Positions 14,818-23,924 of a DNA stretch of 31,459 nucleotides are shown piece after piece. Position 1 is the stretch's first letter, and the number at the start of each line of letters is the position of its first letter. The stretch is from Campylobacterota bacterium. GTDB lineage: Bacteria > Campylobacterota > Campylobacteria > Campylobacterales > Sulfurovaceae. The notes under the pieces were generated by a model, which was not told where the DNA came from, ran no database searches, and saw nothing but the letters and a program-made list of their open reading frames with translations. The stretch is from the NCBI GenBank assembly GCA_034722955.1, contig JAYEOM010000123.1:1-31459 (forward strand), written 5' to 3'. The position numbers and the translations under genes were made by a program.

Positions 14818-16260
14818 TCACATTCTCTCTAGATCAGTGTCGAGCAGGTATCTCTGGTAGATCTCCTCAAAGGTTCCATCCTCTTTGAGAGTATCCAAAG
14901 CAGACTGCCATGCCTGCTGCTCCTCCTGACAGGTATCTTTGGAGAGGGCGATATAGAAATAGGTTTGGATGACCGTGTAGATCGGTTCGAGATCATCCAT
15001 GCTGTACCCAGCATTTTTCACGATCTGGGGAACGGTGAGGTCGGTAAAGATGGAGAGATCAACCTCTCCATTCATAAGCTGACGGACATTATCGACAGGA
15101 TCTTCGGAGCTAACAAGGTTTGTGAACCTCTCTCTCTTGAGATATTGTTCGCTGAACCAATCCGTGGTTGTAGCAATAGCTTCGACCTGCTTGGCCTCCT
15201 CTAGAGAGTTCAGCTGGATACCTGATCCCTTTTTAGCGTAAAAGATCGTGCTGTTTTTTCCCACCGGACCGACCCAACGGAAGAGTTCTTCCCGTTCAGG
15301 AGTCCGCTCGGCACTGAAGAGGATGATGTTCGGATGGAGCAGAGCCATATTGTAGGCATTTTTCCATGAGGTCAGACGGATATTATCTGGTATATGCAGA
15401 CGCAAGGCGATCTCTTGTACCATCTCCGTCACAAAACCCGAGGGTTTTCCATCCTTCATGAATGTAATAGGCGGATACTCCTCTGTCATCATCTGAAAAA
15501 TACCGGGAGGCGTTTCTAAGGGGAGCCATTTGGCGTAAATTTTATCGAAACTCCCGTCACTCTTCATCCCGTCAAGCTTTGACTGTCAGCGTGCTACCAA
15601 CTCCTGTGGCGTGGTCTTGGAGAAGGCAATGTAAGCAAGATCTGTAGATACAGTAAAAAGATTCTCCAGATCACTCATAGCGGCACCTGCATTTTCCAGA
15701 AGCCTAGGCACGGCTATATTAGTAGTGCTGTAAAGTTGCACCTCTCCGCTCAGCAGTTTTTGCAGTGCCGTCTGATCATTCGGATAACTTTTCAGATTGG
15801 CGAACCCCTCACTCTTAAGCATCTGTTCCGTATGGTGGTCGGTCACTGTGGCGATGCTGACAACTTTTTTGGCATCGCCCAGTGTTTTAATCGTGATTCC
15901 TGATCCTTTCAGGGCATAAAGGTTGGTATCCAGAGTCGTCACAGGACCCACCCACTGCAAGCGGTCTTTGCGTTCAGGAGTCATTACTGTGGTGAAAAGT
16001 GCCGTATTTGGCTGCTCCAAAACCGCCTTATACCCCACTTCCCAAGGCACTACATCTATCGTTCCATCCGTGTCGCTCCTTTTCAGAAGCTCCTCCACCA
16101 CCTCCGTCGCCTGACCGGTGAGACTCCCCTCCTTTGTAAAGTTCAATGGGGCATACTCTTCAGTAAAAATTGTCAACTTATCACTACTACTATCGCTACC
16201 ACCACAACCCATAAATAGGACTGCAATACCTGAAAGTAAAAATATTTTAATCTGCTTCAC
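14818..16260 (-). pseudogene. Lipoprotein with two tandem family-3 (PBP2) substrate-binding domains, interrupted by an in-frame TGA at 15588-15586
   Basis: Both track ORFs are in one frame: ELVAR*QSKLDGMKSDGSFDKIY aligns with domain-2 QQAWQSALDTLKEDGTFEEIY; repeated TEEY.P, WVGPV and KGSGI motifs; GTG 16260 with AAGGAG; lipobox FMGC. Confidence 0.85.
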
Positions 16261-16377
16261 TCTAAACTCCTTTTTTCGCAAATAGTTCGGCTTCTCTTTC
16301 CATGATCAATAATTTATATGATTATATTATGGAACGAAATAGCTTAAATTCTTGTTAAGAGCTTTTTGTGAAGCTCC

Positions 16378-16719
16378 TTACTCCATCTCTAAAGTCATCA
16401 AATAGATCTCTTCACCATCAACCACAGAGACATTTGTGCCTTGACAATGCAGACATTGATAGCGTGGCTTCTCCTGCTCACTTTCACATTTGCACTCATT
16501 GCAATAGAGTATAAGGTTCTGTATATTCATCACAAACTCTGCACCATCACATACTGTCTTCTCTTTGAATGTATCAAATGCTATCTCAAGCAGATGAGGT
16601 TCGATACCGCTCATCTTTCCTATCTTTGTAACTACTTTTGTGATCTTGACTGCACTGTTCTCTTTGGCACAGCCCTCACACTGCTCTAGCAAAGCCTGGA
16701 CTATAGAGTACTCATGCAT
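16378..16719 (-). CDS. hypA: Hydrogenase nickel insertion protein
   Basis: MHEYSI start overlapping the hypE stop (TGATG); two CxxC motifs. Confidence 0.95.
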   Translation of the reverse strand: MHEYSIVQALLEQCEGCAKENSAVKITKVVTKIGKMSGIEPHLLEIAFDTFKEKTVCDGAEFVMNIQNLILYCNECKCESEQEKPRYQCLHCQGTNVSVVDGEEIYLMTLEME

Positions 16720-17717
16720 CAACATATCCTTGGCAGGAGTTCACCCTTTGGCAGATCAAGATATCGGCTGCTCCCATGAGCCAAGCGGAGGATAACCCTC
16801 CCCTCTCTTTTCATAGTCACTTCTCCTATGATAGCTGCCTTGCCTGATAGATCTACTTTTTGCAGTATCCGTAGTGCCGACTGGGCACACTCTGCTGGAA
16901 CCGCAAGAATAAATGTGCCTTCATTGGCAAAATCAAACGCTTCAAAACCAAAGAGTTCACATATCCCCCAAACTGCCTCATCAACTGGTATATCTGCCTC
17001 CTCAACCTCTATGCATACACTACTCTGATCTGCCCACTCATTTAACACCGCCGAGAGACCGCCACGGGTAGCATCACGCATAGAAGAGATGGCAATACCC
17101 GACTCTATCAACGCTTCAACAGCTGACCATAGTGTCGCACAGTCACTCTCAAGATCACTGCTGATGCCCAACCCCTCCCTCTCGATCAAAATGGCCGCTC
17201 CATGACGACCAACATCTCCCGATACGATGAGTATATCCCCCTCCTGAAGATTGTTTGCTGAGATCCCCTCTCTGGCAATTTCACCTATCCCTGAAGTGTT
17301 GATAAAGATCTGATCAACTGCACCTTTGGGAACCACTTTGGTATCACCGCAGACGATCTTCGCACCACTCTTTTCAAGTTCACTTGCCATCTCTTTGACG
17401 ATCAACTCCAAATCATCAAGAGCAAACCCCTCTTCGATGATAAATCCGGCACTCAGATAGAGGGGTTTGGCACCCATCATCGCTAGATCATTTACCGTAC
17501 CGGCAATAGCCAGTTTGCCGATATTGCCTCCGTTGAAAAAGATAGGAGTGACAGTGAAACTATCCGTCGTAAAAGCGATCTTTTTTTTGACTTCCAACAG
17601 TGCGGCATCTTCAGCTTTGAGCAAGATCTCGTTATCGAAATAGCGAAAAAAGAGATCATTGATCAAACTGCTTGTCTCTTCACCTCCACCTCCGTGGCTC
17701 AGTTGTATTTGGTTCAA
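16719..17717 (-). CDS. hypE: Carbamoyl dehydratase
   Basis: SHGGGG, TTDSF, GDTKVV, MRDATRGG, C-terminal LPRIC. Confidence 0.97.
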   Translation of the reverse strand: MNQIQLSHGGGGEETSSLINDLFFRYFDNEILLKAEDAALLEVKKKIAFTTDSFTVTPIFFNGGNIGKLAIAGTVNDLAMMGAKPLYLSAGFIIEEGFALDDLELIVKEMASELEKSGAKIVCGDTKVVPKGAVDQIFINTSGIGEIAREGISANNLQEGDILIVSGDVGRHGAAILIEREGLGISSDLESDCATLWSAVEALIESGIAISSMRDATRGGLSAVLNEWADQSSVCIEVEEADIPVDEAVWGICELFGFEAFDFANEGTFILAVPAECAQSALRILQKVDLSGKAAIIGEVTMKREGRVILRLAHGSSRYLDLPKGELLPRIC

Positions 17718-18838
17718 AATATCTCCCCATATCTATAGTATGCACTGCACGCCCCCTCAGAACTCACCATACAGCTGCCCATAGGGCTATTTGGTCTACA
17801 TGCTTTGCCAAAGACTTTGCAATCATTGGGCTTTGCCAATCCCTTGAGGATTGTGCCACAGATGCAGAGTTTGTGATCATCGATCGACTCTGTCGGTAGT
17901 ATATCAGCAAAGATCCTCTCTGCATCATACATGGCATACTCCTCTTTAAGCTCCAGTGCACTATCGGGGATATCACCGATCCCTCGCCAACGGAAATGTC
18001 TCCGAGGCTGCATATATTTTTCGATCACTTCTTGAGCCTTGGTATTGCCATCTAGCGTCACAAATCTGGAGTACTCGATCTCCACTTCACTACGGTTCTC
18101 ATTTTTTTGCCTTACTATCATCAAGATACTCTGCAGGAGATCCACCGGCTCAAATCCACTGACAACTACAGGAGTGCCATATCGTTTTGGAAAGGGCAAA
18201 TATATCTTTGCACCGGTGATCACACTCACATGAGCTGGACCTATAAAAGCATTGATCTTTGCCTGACCATCTGCCATGATAGCATCTATAGCAGGAGGAA
18301 CAAGAACATGGTTGATATGAAAATAGAGATTTGTGATTTTGCGTTTTTCGACCTCTGCCAAGAGTGCTGCCGTCATGGGAGTAGTCGTCTCAAATCCTAT
18401 AGCGAAGAAGATCACTCTCTTATCTAGGTTCTCCTCTGCGATCACAATAGCATCCATCGGCGTATACAGGGGACGGATATCATAACCCTTGGCACGCTCA
18501 GCCGCCAGGGAACTCTTCGACCCTGGAACACGAATCATATCTCCAAGAGCGAGCAAAATAGTACTCTCCAGCTGTGATAGTGCGATCGCATGATCGATCC
18601 GCTCTTTGGGCATGATGCATACTGGGCATCCAGGCCCATGAATAAAATCGATTTTTTCGGGGAGCAGTTGTTTGAGACCATATCTCATAATAGTATGAGT
18701 ATGTCCACCACACACCTCCATGATCCTCAACGGCTCCGAAAGAGTTTTGACCTCTCTCTCAATAGTATATGCTAGTGCCTTGATAACATCAGGATCACGA
18801 AAGCCATCATAGAGATCTTTGAGACAAAGCTCTCTCAC
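17714..18838 (-). CDS. hypD: Hydrogenase maturation Fe-S protein
   Basis: MEVCGGHTH, GPGCPVC, GFETT, CMVSSEGAC. Confidence 0.97.
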   Translation of the reverse strand: MRELCLKDLYDGFRDPDVIKALAYTIEREVKTLSEPLRIMEVCGGHTHTIMRYGLKQLLPEKIDFIHGPGCPVCIMPKERIDHAIALSQLESTILLALGDMIRVPGSKSSLAAERAKGYDIRPLYTPMDAIVIAEENLDKRVIFFAIGFETTTPMTAALLAEVEKRKITNLYFHINHVLVPPAIDAIMADGQAKINAFIGPAHVSVITGAKIYLPFPKRYGTPVVVSGFEPVDLLQSILMIVRQKNENRSEVEIEYSRFVTLDGNTKAQEVIEKYMQPRRHFRWRGIGDIPDSALELKEEYAMYDAERIFADILPTESIDDHKLCICGTILKGLAKPNDCKVFGKACRPNSPMGSCMVSSEGACSAYYRYGEIF

Positions 18839-19095
18839 TTTTCTCCTCGGCTACTACTCTTCTCGTCCTCTTCCATCACTTCCAAAATCTCCTGGTATGC
18901 TTGCAAACTCAACAAGGCATCCTCTTCATCGATCTTGCTCATCGCAAAACCTACATGGATCAGAATATAATCCCCAATACCCACCTCATCAGGCACCAAA
19001 TCAAGACTTACTTGGCGTTTGATCCCCATAGTATCAACAGTGGCAACATTATCTTCGTCGATCTTGACAATTTTTGACGGGATAGAGAGACACAT
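18835..19095 (-). CDS. hypC: Hydrogenase maturation chaperone
   Basis: MCLSIP start; GDYILIHVGFA. Confidence 0.97.
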   Translation of the reverse strand: MCLSIPSKIVKIDEDNVATVDTMGIKRQVSLDLVPDEVGIGDYILIHVGFAMSKIDEEDALLSLQAYQEILEVMEEDEKSSSRGEK

Positions 19096-19098
19096 AGA

Positions 19099-19866
19099 CT
19101 AACTCCTCATTTTTCGTTTGAACTCAATCCACTCAATCACTCTCTGGATAGTCTCATCATCTTTACTGTTGATCTCCAAGATATCTACATTAGGTTTAAT
19201 TCCTCTTGCTTCAGCTTTTTCATGCTCAACATCATAGTCAAAATAGGGGAGCAGATCTGTTTTTGTTATCAAGACAAGGTCAGCCTTTGCAAACATCACT
19301 GGATATTTTTCAATCTTGTCTCCCCCTTCAGGGATAGAGACGAGGACAATGTTTAGATGTGCTCCCACATCATAGCTTGCCGGACAGACCAGATTGCCGA
19401 CATTTTCTATAAAGCAGATATCTATGTTAGCTATAGGCATCTCATGCAGCCCCTTATGCACCATAAATGCATCTAGATGACAGGCAGAACCAGTTTGGAT
19501 TTGAAATGCCGGTACTCCTTTGGCTTTGATGCGGTCAGCATCACGACTAGTCTCCAGATCACCCTCGATCACAGCAAATTTAAACTCAGCCTGATTGGCT
19601 ATCTTCTCCAAAAGTGTCGTCTTGCCACTTCCGGGTGAACTCATCAGATTGATCGCTAAAACATTATGTTTATCAAAATGGCTGCGATTATGCCCTGCTT
19701 GCTTATCATTTTTATCAAGGATCTTTGTGATCACTGATACTGTTTTTGCATCATTGAGCTGTGGGTTATGATGCAGTGTTTCGTCTACTCTCTGCTGAGT
19801 ATGTGAATGGTCATGATGATGCTCCTGAGAACTCTCAGTGATACTACAGCCGCAATCTTGGCACAT
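19099..19866 (-). CDS. hypB: Hydrogenase nickel incorporation GTPase
   Basis: MCQDCGC start with AAAGGA SD, His-rich linker, SSPGSGKTT, CHLDA, ENVGNLVCP; the track's longer start lies within the repeat element. Confidence 0.95.
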   Translation of the reverse strand: MCQDCGCSITESSQEHHHDHSHTQQRVDETLHHNPQLNDAKTVSVITKILDKNDKQAGHNRSHFDKHNVLAINLMSSPGSGKTTLLEKIANQAEFKFAVIEGDLETSRDADRIKAKGVPAFQIQTGSACHLDAFMVHKGLHEMPIANIDICFIENVGNLVCPASYDVGAHLNIVLVSIPEGGDKIEKYPVMFAKADLVLITKTDLLPYFDYDVEHEKAEARGIKPNVDILEINSKDDETIQRVIEWIEFKRKMRS

Positions 19867-19879
19867 AAAAAATCCTTTC

Positions 19880-20038
19880 TTAAACCCGAAATATGCAGTA
19901 GATATTACTAAACTAGTATCTATCATTGCACCTAGTGCATTTGCGAGAAAACCATCGATTAACCTTAGATTTTTCACAAACACCCTAGACACAAGCATAA
20001 ACGCTATTTTAGCAACTCTATTGCATAATTCGGGTTAA
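19880..20038. mobile_element. ~160-bp MITE-like palindromic element between hypF and hypB
   Basis: Terminal inverted repeats taaacccgaaatatgcagtaga / tctattgcataattcgggttaa; inner arms also complementary; half copy at 4282-4366 and a 13-bp end at 14651-14663. Confidence 0.85.
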
Positions 20039-20052
20039 AACAATAGCATATT

Positions 20053-22305
20053 TTACCTACTGTCAAACATTATCTGTCCTAGAGCTATCCCTCCATCATT
20101 TGGAGGTATCTTGCTAGGGAGTATTGCATTGGGTATTTTTCCTAATACCAGTTCAAGAAGTAGACGATTCTGAAATACTCCTCCACTCAACACCAATGGC
20201 AAATCATACTTCTGATAAACTCTATCGATGATATCAACAATAGTGTGAAAAAATTTGGAGATTGCCACTGTGGTATCAGACTCCAATACTATCTCTTCTA
20301 TCATCTCCAAAAAACTTATCTCTCCATTTTCTATAGTGAAAGGATAGGCTCCTTCTATATTTTCATCATAGAGTGTCTCAAGCAGCATACCGCTCTCTCC
20401 CTCAAAGCTCATAACTTGACAGAGACCCCTCAGAGAAGCAACTGCATCAAAAAGTCTGCCTACAGAAGATGTAAGGGGAGTGTTTATATGTTTTTGCCAT
20501 GCCTGATAGTGGATCTCAAGTTCTGACGGAGTAAAGGCTCTGGTCGCAGGACTGTCCAACTGCACTGCTCTCTCTCCATAACACTCAAAAAGCAGACTCA
20601 ATGCAACTCTTCTGGGTTCCCTGATCGCTTTAACTCCCCCAAGCAATCTAAAGTAGTCCAGATGTGCTATACGATCATAGGCTCTAGTATCACATACCAA
20701 AAATTCTCCGCCCCATAAATTTCCATCATCTCCATACCCCGTTCCGTCAAAAGCTACACCTAGTACTCTCCCTCTCAATTGCTTCTCTGCCATTACACCC
20801 AAGATATGGGCGTAGTGATGCTGTACACCTTGTCTCTTTTTATTCTGGGCAAGTGCATACTTGGTAGATTCATAATTGGGGTGGAGATCGTGTCTGACAA
20901 TATTTGGGTTAAAACTATAGATGCGTTCTAGTGTTTGAATACTCTTCTCAAAATATGCGATCGAACCGATGGTATTTAGATCTCCAATATGTGGCGACAG
21001 GATAGCTTCGTATTCAAATCCGATCGCAACCGTACTTTTTTGACCGGCACCAACTGCCAATACTTCTGAGGGAAGTTTGAGAGGGAGTTTGATAGTTAAT
21101 GGGGCATAGCCTCTAGCACGACGCAGGGTAACAACCTGATCCTTCACAACCATCACGATACTATCATCACAACCATTAACAATCTCTCTATTGTGATCGA
21201 GGATATAGTCATAAACCCCAGAGAGTTTGTTCAAACTCTCCCTATCGATAGAGAGAGGCTCATCAGTCACATTGGCAGATGTGGCGACTAGAGGTCGGTT
21301 CAGTTTTCTCAAGAGCAATAGGTGTAGTGGAGTATAGGGCAAGAGTAGACCTACTGTAGATAAATTTGGAGCGATAAAGCGGCTTAGAGGTCTGCTGTTT
21401 TCTATTTTATCGCTTTGTGATGAGATATCAGAGATCTGATCCCGACTATGAACTAGCACTATCGGTCGCTCTTTTGAAGTGAGCAACTCCTCCTCCTGCT
21501 CACTCATGGTGACTAATGCTCTTGCCATCTCTATATCTGCTGCCATAACAGCATAGGGTTTGGATGGACGATTTTTTCTCTCACGCATCTTCTGCACTGC
21601 CGCATCATTGGTCGCATCACAAACCAGATGATAACCACCTACCCCTTTCACCGCCACAATACTCCCATCCAACAGGAGTTGTGAAACACTATCTAGTAAG
21701 TTTTCATTACCTATCTCTATTTTTTCATTTTTCTCCCAAAGGGAGAGCGTCGGACCACACTCCCAACAGCCTATTGGTTGAGCATGGTAGCGACGATTAG
21801 ATGGATCAATATACTCTGCCTTGCAAGCTTCACACATCGTAAAAAAGTGCATCGAAGTATAAGGTCTGTCGTAAGGGAGAGTCTCTATGATACTATAGCG
21901 GGGACCGCAATCAGTACAATTTATAAATGGATAGAGGTAACGCCTATCAGCAGGATCACTCATCTCTATCAGGCAGTGTTCACAAGTTGCTATATCAGGA
22001 GGGATCAAAATATGATTTTGCTCTCCTCTTCTACTCTCAAGAATTTTAAAATCTACATACCCGACATAATCAGATTCATAACTCTCCCATCTATCTATAG
22101 AGGCTAATGGCGGAAGCTCATACTGTAGAGATATCAAAAATGCTTCAATAGACTGTCTCCTCCCTTCAACCTCCAGACTCACCCCTGCACTACTATTGAG
22201 TACGAACCCTTTCAAGTCATAGCGTTGTGCAAGCCTGTAGACAAAAGGGCGAAAACCTACACCCTGTATAACTCCAGCTAATTCTATCTTTATATTCACT
22301 TCCAA
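20053..22305 (-). CDS. hypF: Carbamoyltransferase
   Basis: GVIQGVGFRPFVY, zinc fingers, KGVGGYHL, HDLHPNY, QHHYAH, FDGTGYG, PPNDGGIALGQ. Confidence 0.97.
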   Translation of the reverse strand: MEVNIKIELAGVIQGVGFRPFVYRLAQRYDLKGFVLNSSAGVSLEVEGRRQSIEAFLISLQYELPPLASIDRWESYESDYVGYVDFKILESRRGEQNHILIPPDIATCEHCLIEMSDPADRRYLYPFINCTDCGPRYSIIETLPYDRPYTSMHFFTMCEACKAEYIDPSNRRYHAQPIGCWECGPTLSLWEKNEKIEIGNENLLDSVSQLLLDGSIVAVKGVGGYHLVCDATNDAAVQKMRERKNRPSKPYAVMAADIEMARALVTMSEQEEELLTSKERPIVLVHSRDQISDISSQSDKIENSRPLSRFIAPNLSTVGLLLPYTPLHLLLLRKLNRPLVATSANVTDEPLSIDRESLNKLSGVYDYILDHNREIVNGCDDSIVMVVKDQVVTLRRARGYAPLTIKLPLKLPSEVLAVGAGQKSTVAIGFEYEAILSPHIGDLNTIGSIAYFEKSIQTLERIYSFNPNIVRHDLHPNYESTKYALAQNKKRQGVQHHYAHILGVMAEKQLRGRVLGVAFDGTGYGDDGNLWGGEFLVCDTRAYDRIAHLDYFRLLGGVKAIREPRRVALSLLFECYGERAVQLDSPATRAFTPSELEIHYQAWQKHINTPLTSSVGRLFDAVASLRGLCQVMSFEGESGMLLETLYDENIEGAYPFTIENGEISFLEMIEEIVLESDTTVAISKFFHTIVDIIDRVYQKYDLPLVLSGGVFQNRLLLELVLGKIPNAILPSKIPPNDGGIALGQIMFDSR

Positions 22306-22342
22306 ATGCGATCTCCCAAAAAAATCTCCTTAGTATTGTACG

Positions 22343-22377
22343 CTCTTTTATTAACAAATTGTTAACTCTTTATTAAT
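22343..22377. promoter_or_regulatory. Palindrome TTAACAA-A-TTGTTAA overlapping/between direct repeats CTCTTTTATTAA
   Basis: Palindrome 22351-22365; repeats at 22343 and 22366; lies between the divergent hypF and porin promoters. Confidence 0.5.
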
Positions 22378-22392
22378 TTTTCATTAAAACCC

Positions 22393-22422
22393 TTGACATT
22401 ATCAGTTAACCCATGCTATAAT
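22393..22422 (+). promoter_or_regulatory. Consensus sigma70 promoter of the porin gene
   Basis: TTGACA (22393-22398), 18-nt spacer with TG, TATAAT (22417-22422). Confidence 0.85.
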
Positions 22423-22451
22423 GCGTTTTGAAACAAATCAAGGAGTTTAAC

Positions 22452-23750
22452 ATGAAAAAAAGTTTATTACTATCAGTAGTAGCATCGACAATGATTATGG
22501 CGGGTGGAGATATTGCACCAGTACCAGCACCAGTTATAGTTGAAGAAGAGGTATTCCCACAGTGGGACTTTAGTGGTCAGGCAGTACTTTACTATCAAAC
22601 ACTAGACGCATATGGTGCAGGTAGCCTTTTTGAGCAAGAGTCATCTTTGGCAAATGCTGGTATCCAGTTAAATGCTGTAGGTAAATTTGACTATGGTTTG
22701 AGTGCAGGAGCTCAGTTGAGTGGTCTTGGTACGCTTGGTCTTGAAAATGATGTAGTTAGTAAAACTATGCAGATGCCTGGTATAGCCGAAGATGGTCTTA
22801 CTGGTGCAGCAATCACTAACATCTGGTTAGGTTGGGCAAATGACAGTACTTCATTCAAGTATGGTCGTCAAGATCTTCCAAAAGCACTCTCTCCATTTGC
22901 ATGGTCTGAGAAATGGAATGTATTCCAGAACTCTTATGAGGCTGCACTACTTGTAAATACAAGCATTTCAGATACTGTTCTTGTAGGTGCTTGGGTTAAG
23001 AAAGCTAACCATAATGGTGTTTTCCTTGGAAGTAACTTGAGTGCATTTGATAATGTTAATGAAAATGACGGTATCTGGATGGCGACAGTTCAGAACAAAT
23101 CTATAGCTGGCTTGACACTGACAGGTTCTTGGTATTATGCTGCTGACATGTTTGCAGATGAAAATGGTCAACTCAATGACCTCAACATCCTTTGGGGTGA
23201 TGCTTCTTATGCAAATGCTGATCTTCCTGTAACATTTGGTCTTCAGGGTGGTACAGTTACAAGTGATATATTCCTAAATGACACTACTGCATTTGGTGCT
23301 AAAGTTGGCGGAAGCTTTGATAACTTCACTGTAACTGCTGCATACTCAAGCGTAGATGATGGAGATGCTGGTGTATTCAATGTTGGTGGTGTAAAAACTC
23401 CTCTCTATACCCAGATGATTCTTAACCAGAACTTTATCAAGTCTGACAATGATACTTTCCTTATCAAAGCTACTATGGAAGCTCTTGGTGGTAAGTTCAT
23501 CGCTCAATATGGTGCGACAACTATGAATGATCGTCTAATGAACGAAGTAACAGGTCACTATGGTGATCGTGACTATGCTGAATTTGACTTCATCTATAAG
23601 ACTAAAGTATGGAATGACAGCATTACTCTACTTGCAGCTTATGTAAACCAAACTCAAGATGAGATGATTGTAACTACTGAAAATGGACAAGATGTTCTAT
23701 TTGAAGATAGCAACAATGTTATCAGATTCTGGGCAAGATACAACTTCTAA
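22452..23750 (+). CDS. Outer-membrane beta-barrel porin (major outer membrane protein-like)
   Basis: Signal peptide, YGRQ motif, alternating beta pattern, C-terminal RFWARYNF; AGGAG SD before ATG 22452. Confidence 0.85.
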   Translation: MKKSLLLSVVASTMIMAGGDIAPVPAPVIVEEEVFPQWDFSGQAVLYYQTLDAYGAGSLFEQESSLANAGIQLNAVGKFDYGLSAGAQLSGLGTLGLENDVVSKTMQMPGIAEDGLTGAAITNIWLGWANDSTSFKYGRQDLPKALSPFAWSEKWNVFQNSYEAALLVNTSISDTVLVGAWVKKANHNGVFLGSNLSAFDNVNENDGIWMATVQNKSIAGLTLTGSWYYAADMFADENGQLNDLNILWGDASYANADLPVTFGLQGGTVTSDIFLNDTTAFGAKVGGSFDNFTVTAAYSSVDDGDAGVFNVGGVKTPLYTQMILNQNFIKSDNDTFLIKATMEALGGKFIAQYGATTMNDRLMNEVTGHYGDRDYAEFDFIYKTKVWNDSITLLAAYVNQTQDEMIVTTENGQDVLFEDSNNVIRFWARYNF

Positions 23751-23775
23751 GAGTAACCTCTTAAGTTAATATCTC

Positions 23776-23815
23776 TTAGAGTTCAGGCTTCTGCCTGACT
23801 CTAACCCCTTTTTTT
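23776..23815 (+). terminator. Intrinsic terminator after the porin gene
   Basis: TTAGAGT-TCAGGC-ttct-GCCTGA-CTCTAA stem followed by a T7 tract. Confidence 0.85.
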
Positions 23816-23924
23816 ATATCTCTTATACTCTTTTTTCTTTACAATACAATATGCTATAATTCTAAAAATATTTTTGACTTCCTGAAAAATAATACTCTCC
23901 AAATAGAAATACAAGAAGGTACAA

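Noticed and set aside
15586..15588. TGA as selenocysteine or genetic-code reassignment
   Set aside because: The aligned position in the duplicate domain is Trp, not Cys; the hairpin is too close and small for a bacterial SECIS; TGA ends several normal genes here (hypE, hypD, sqr)
19867..19998. 44-aa N-terminal extension of HypB in the ORF track
   Set aside because: It derives almost entirely from the repeat element; the MCxxCGC start at 19866 has its own SD
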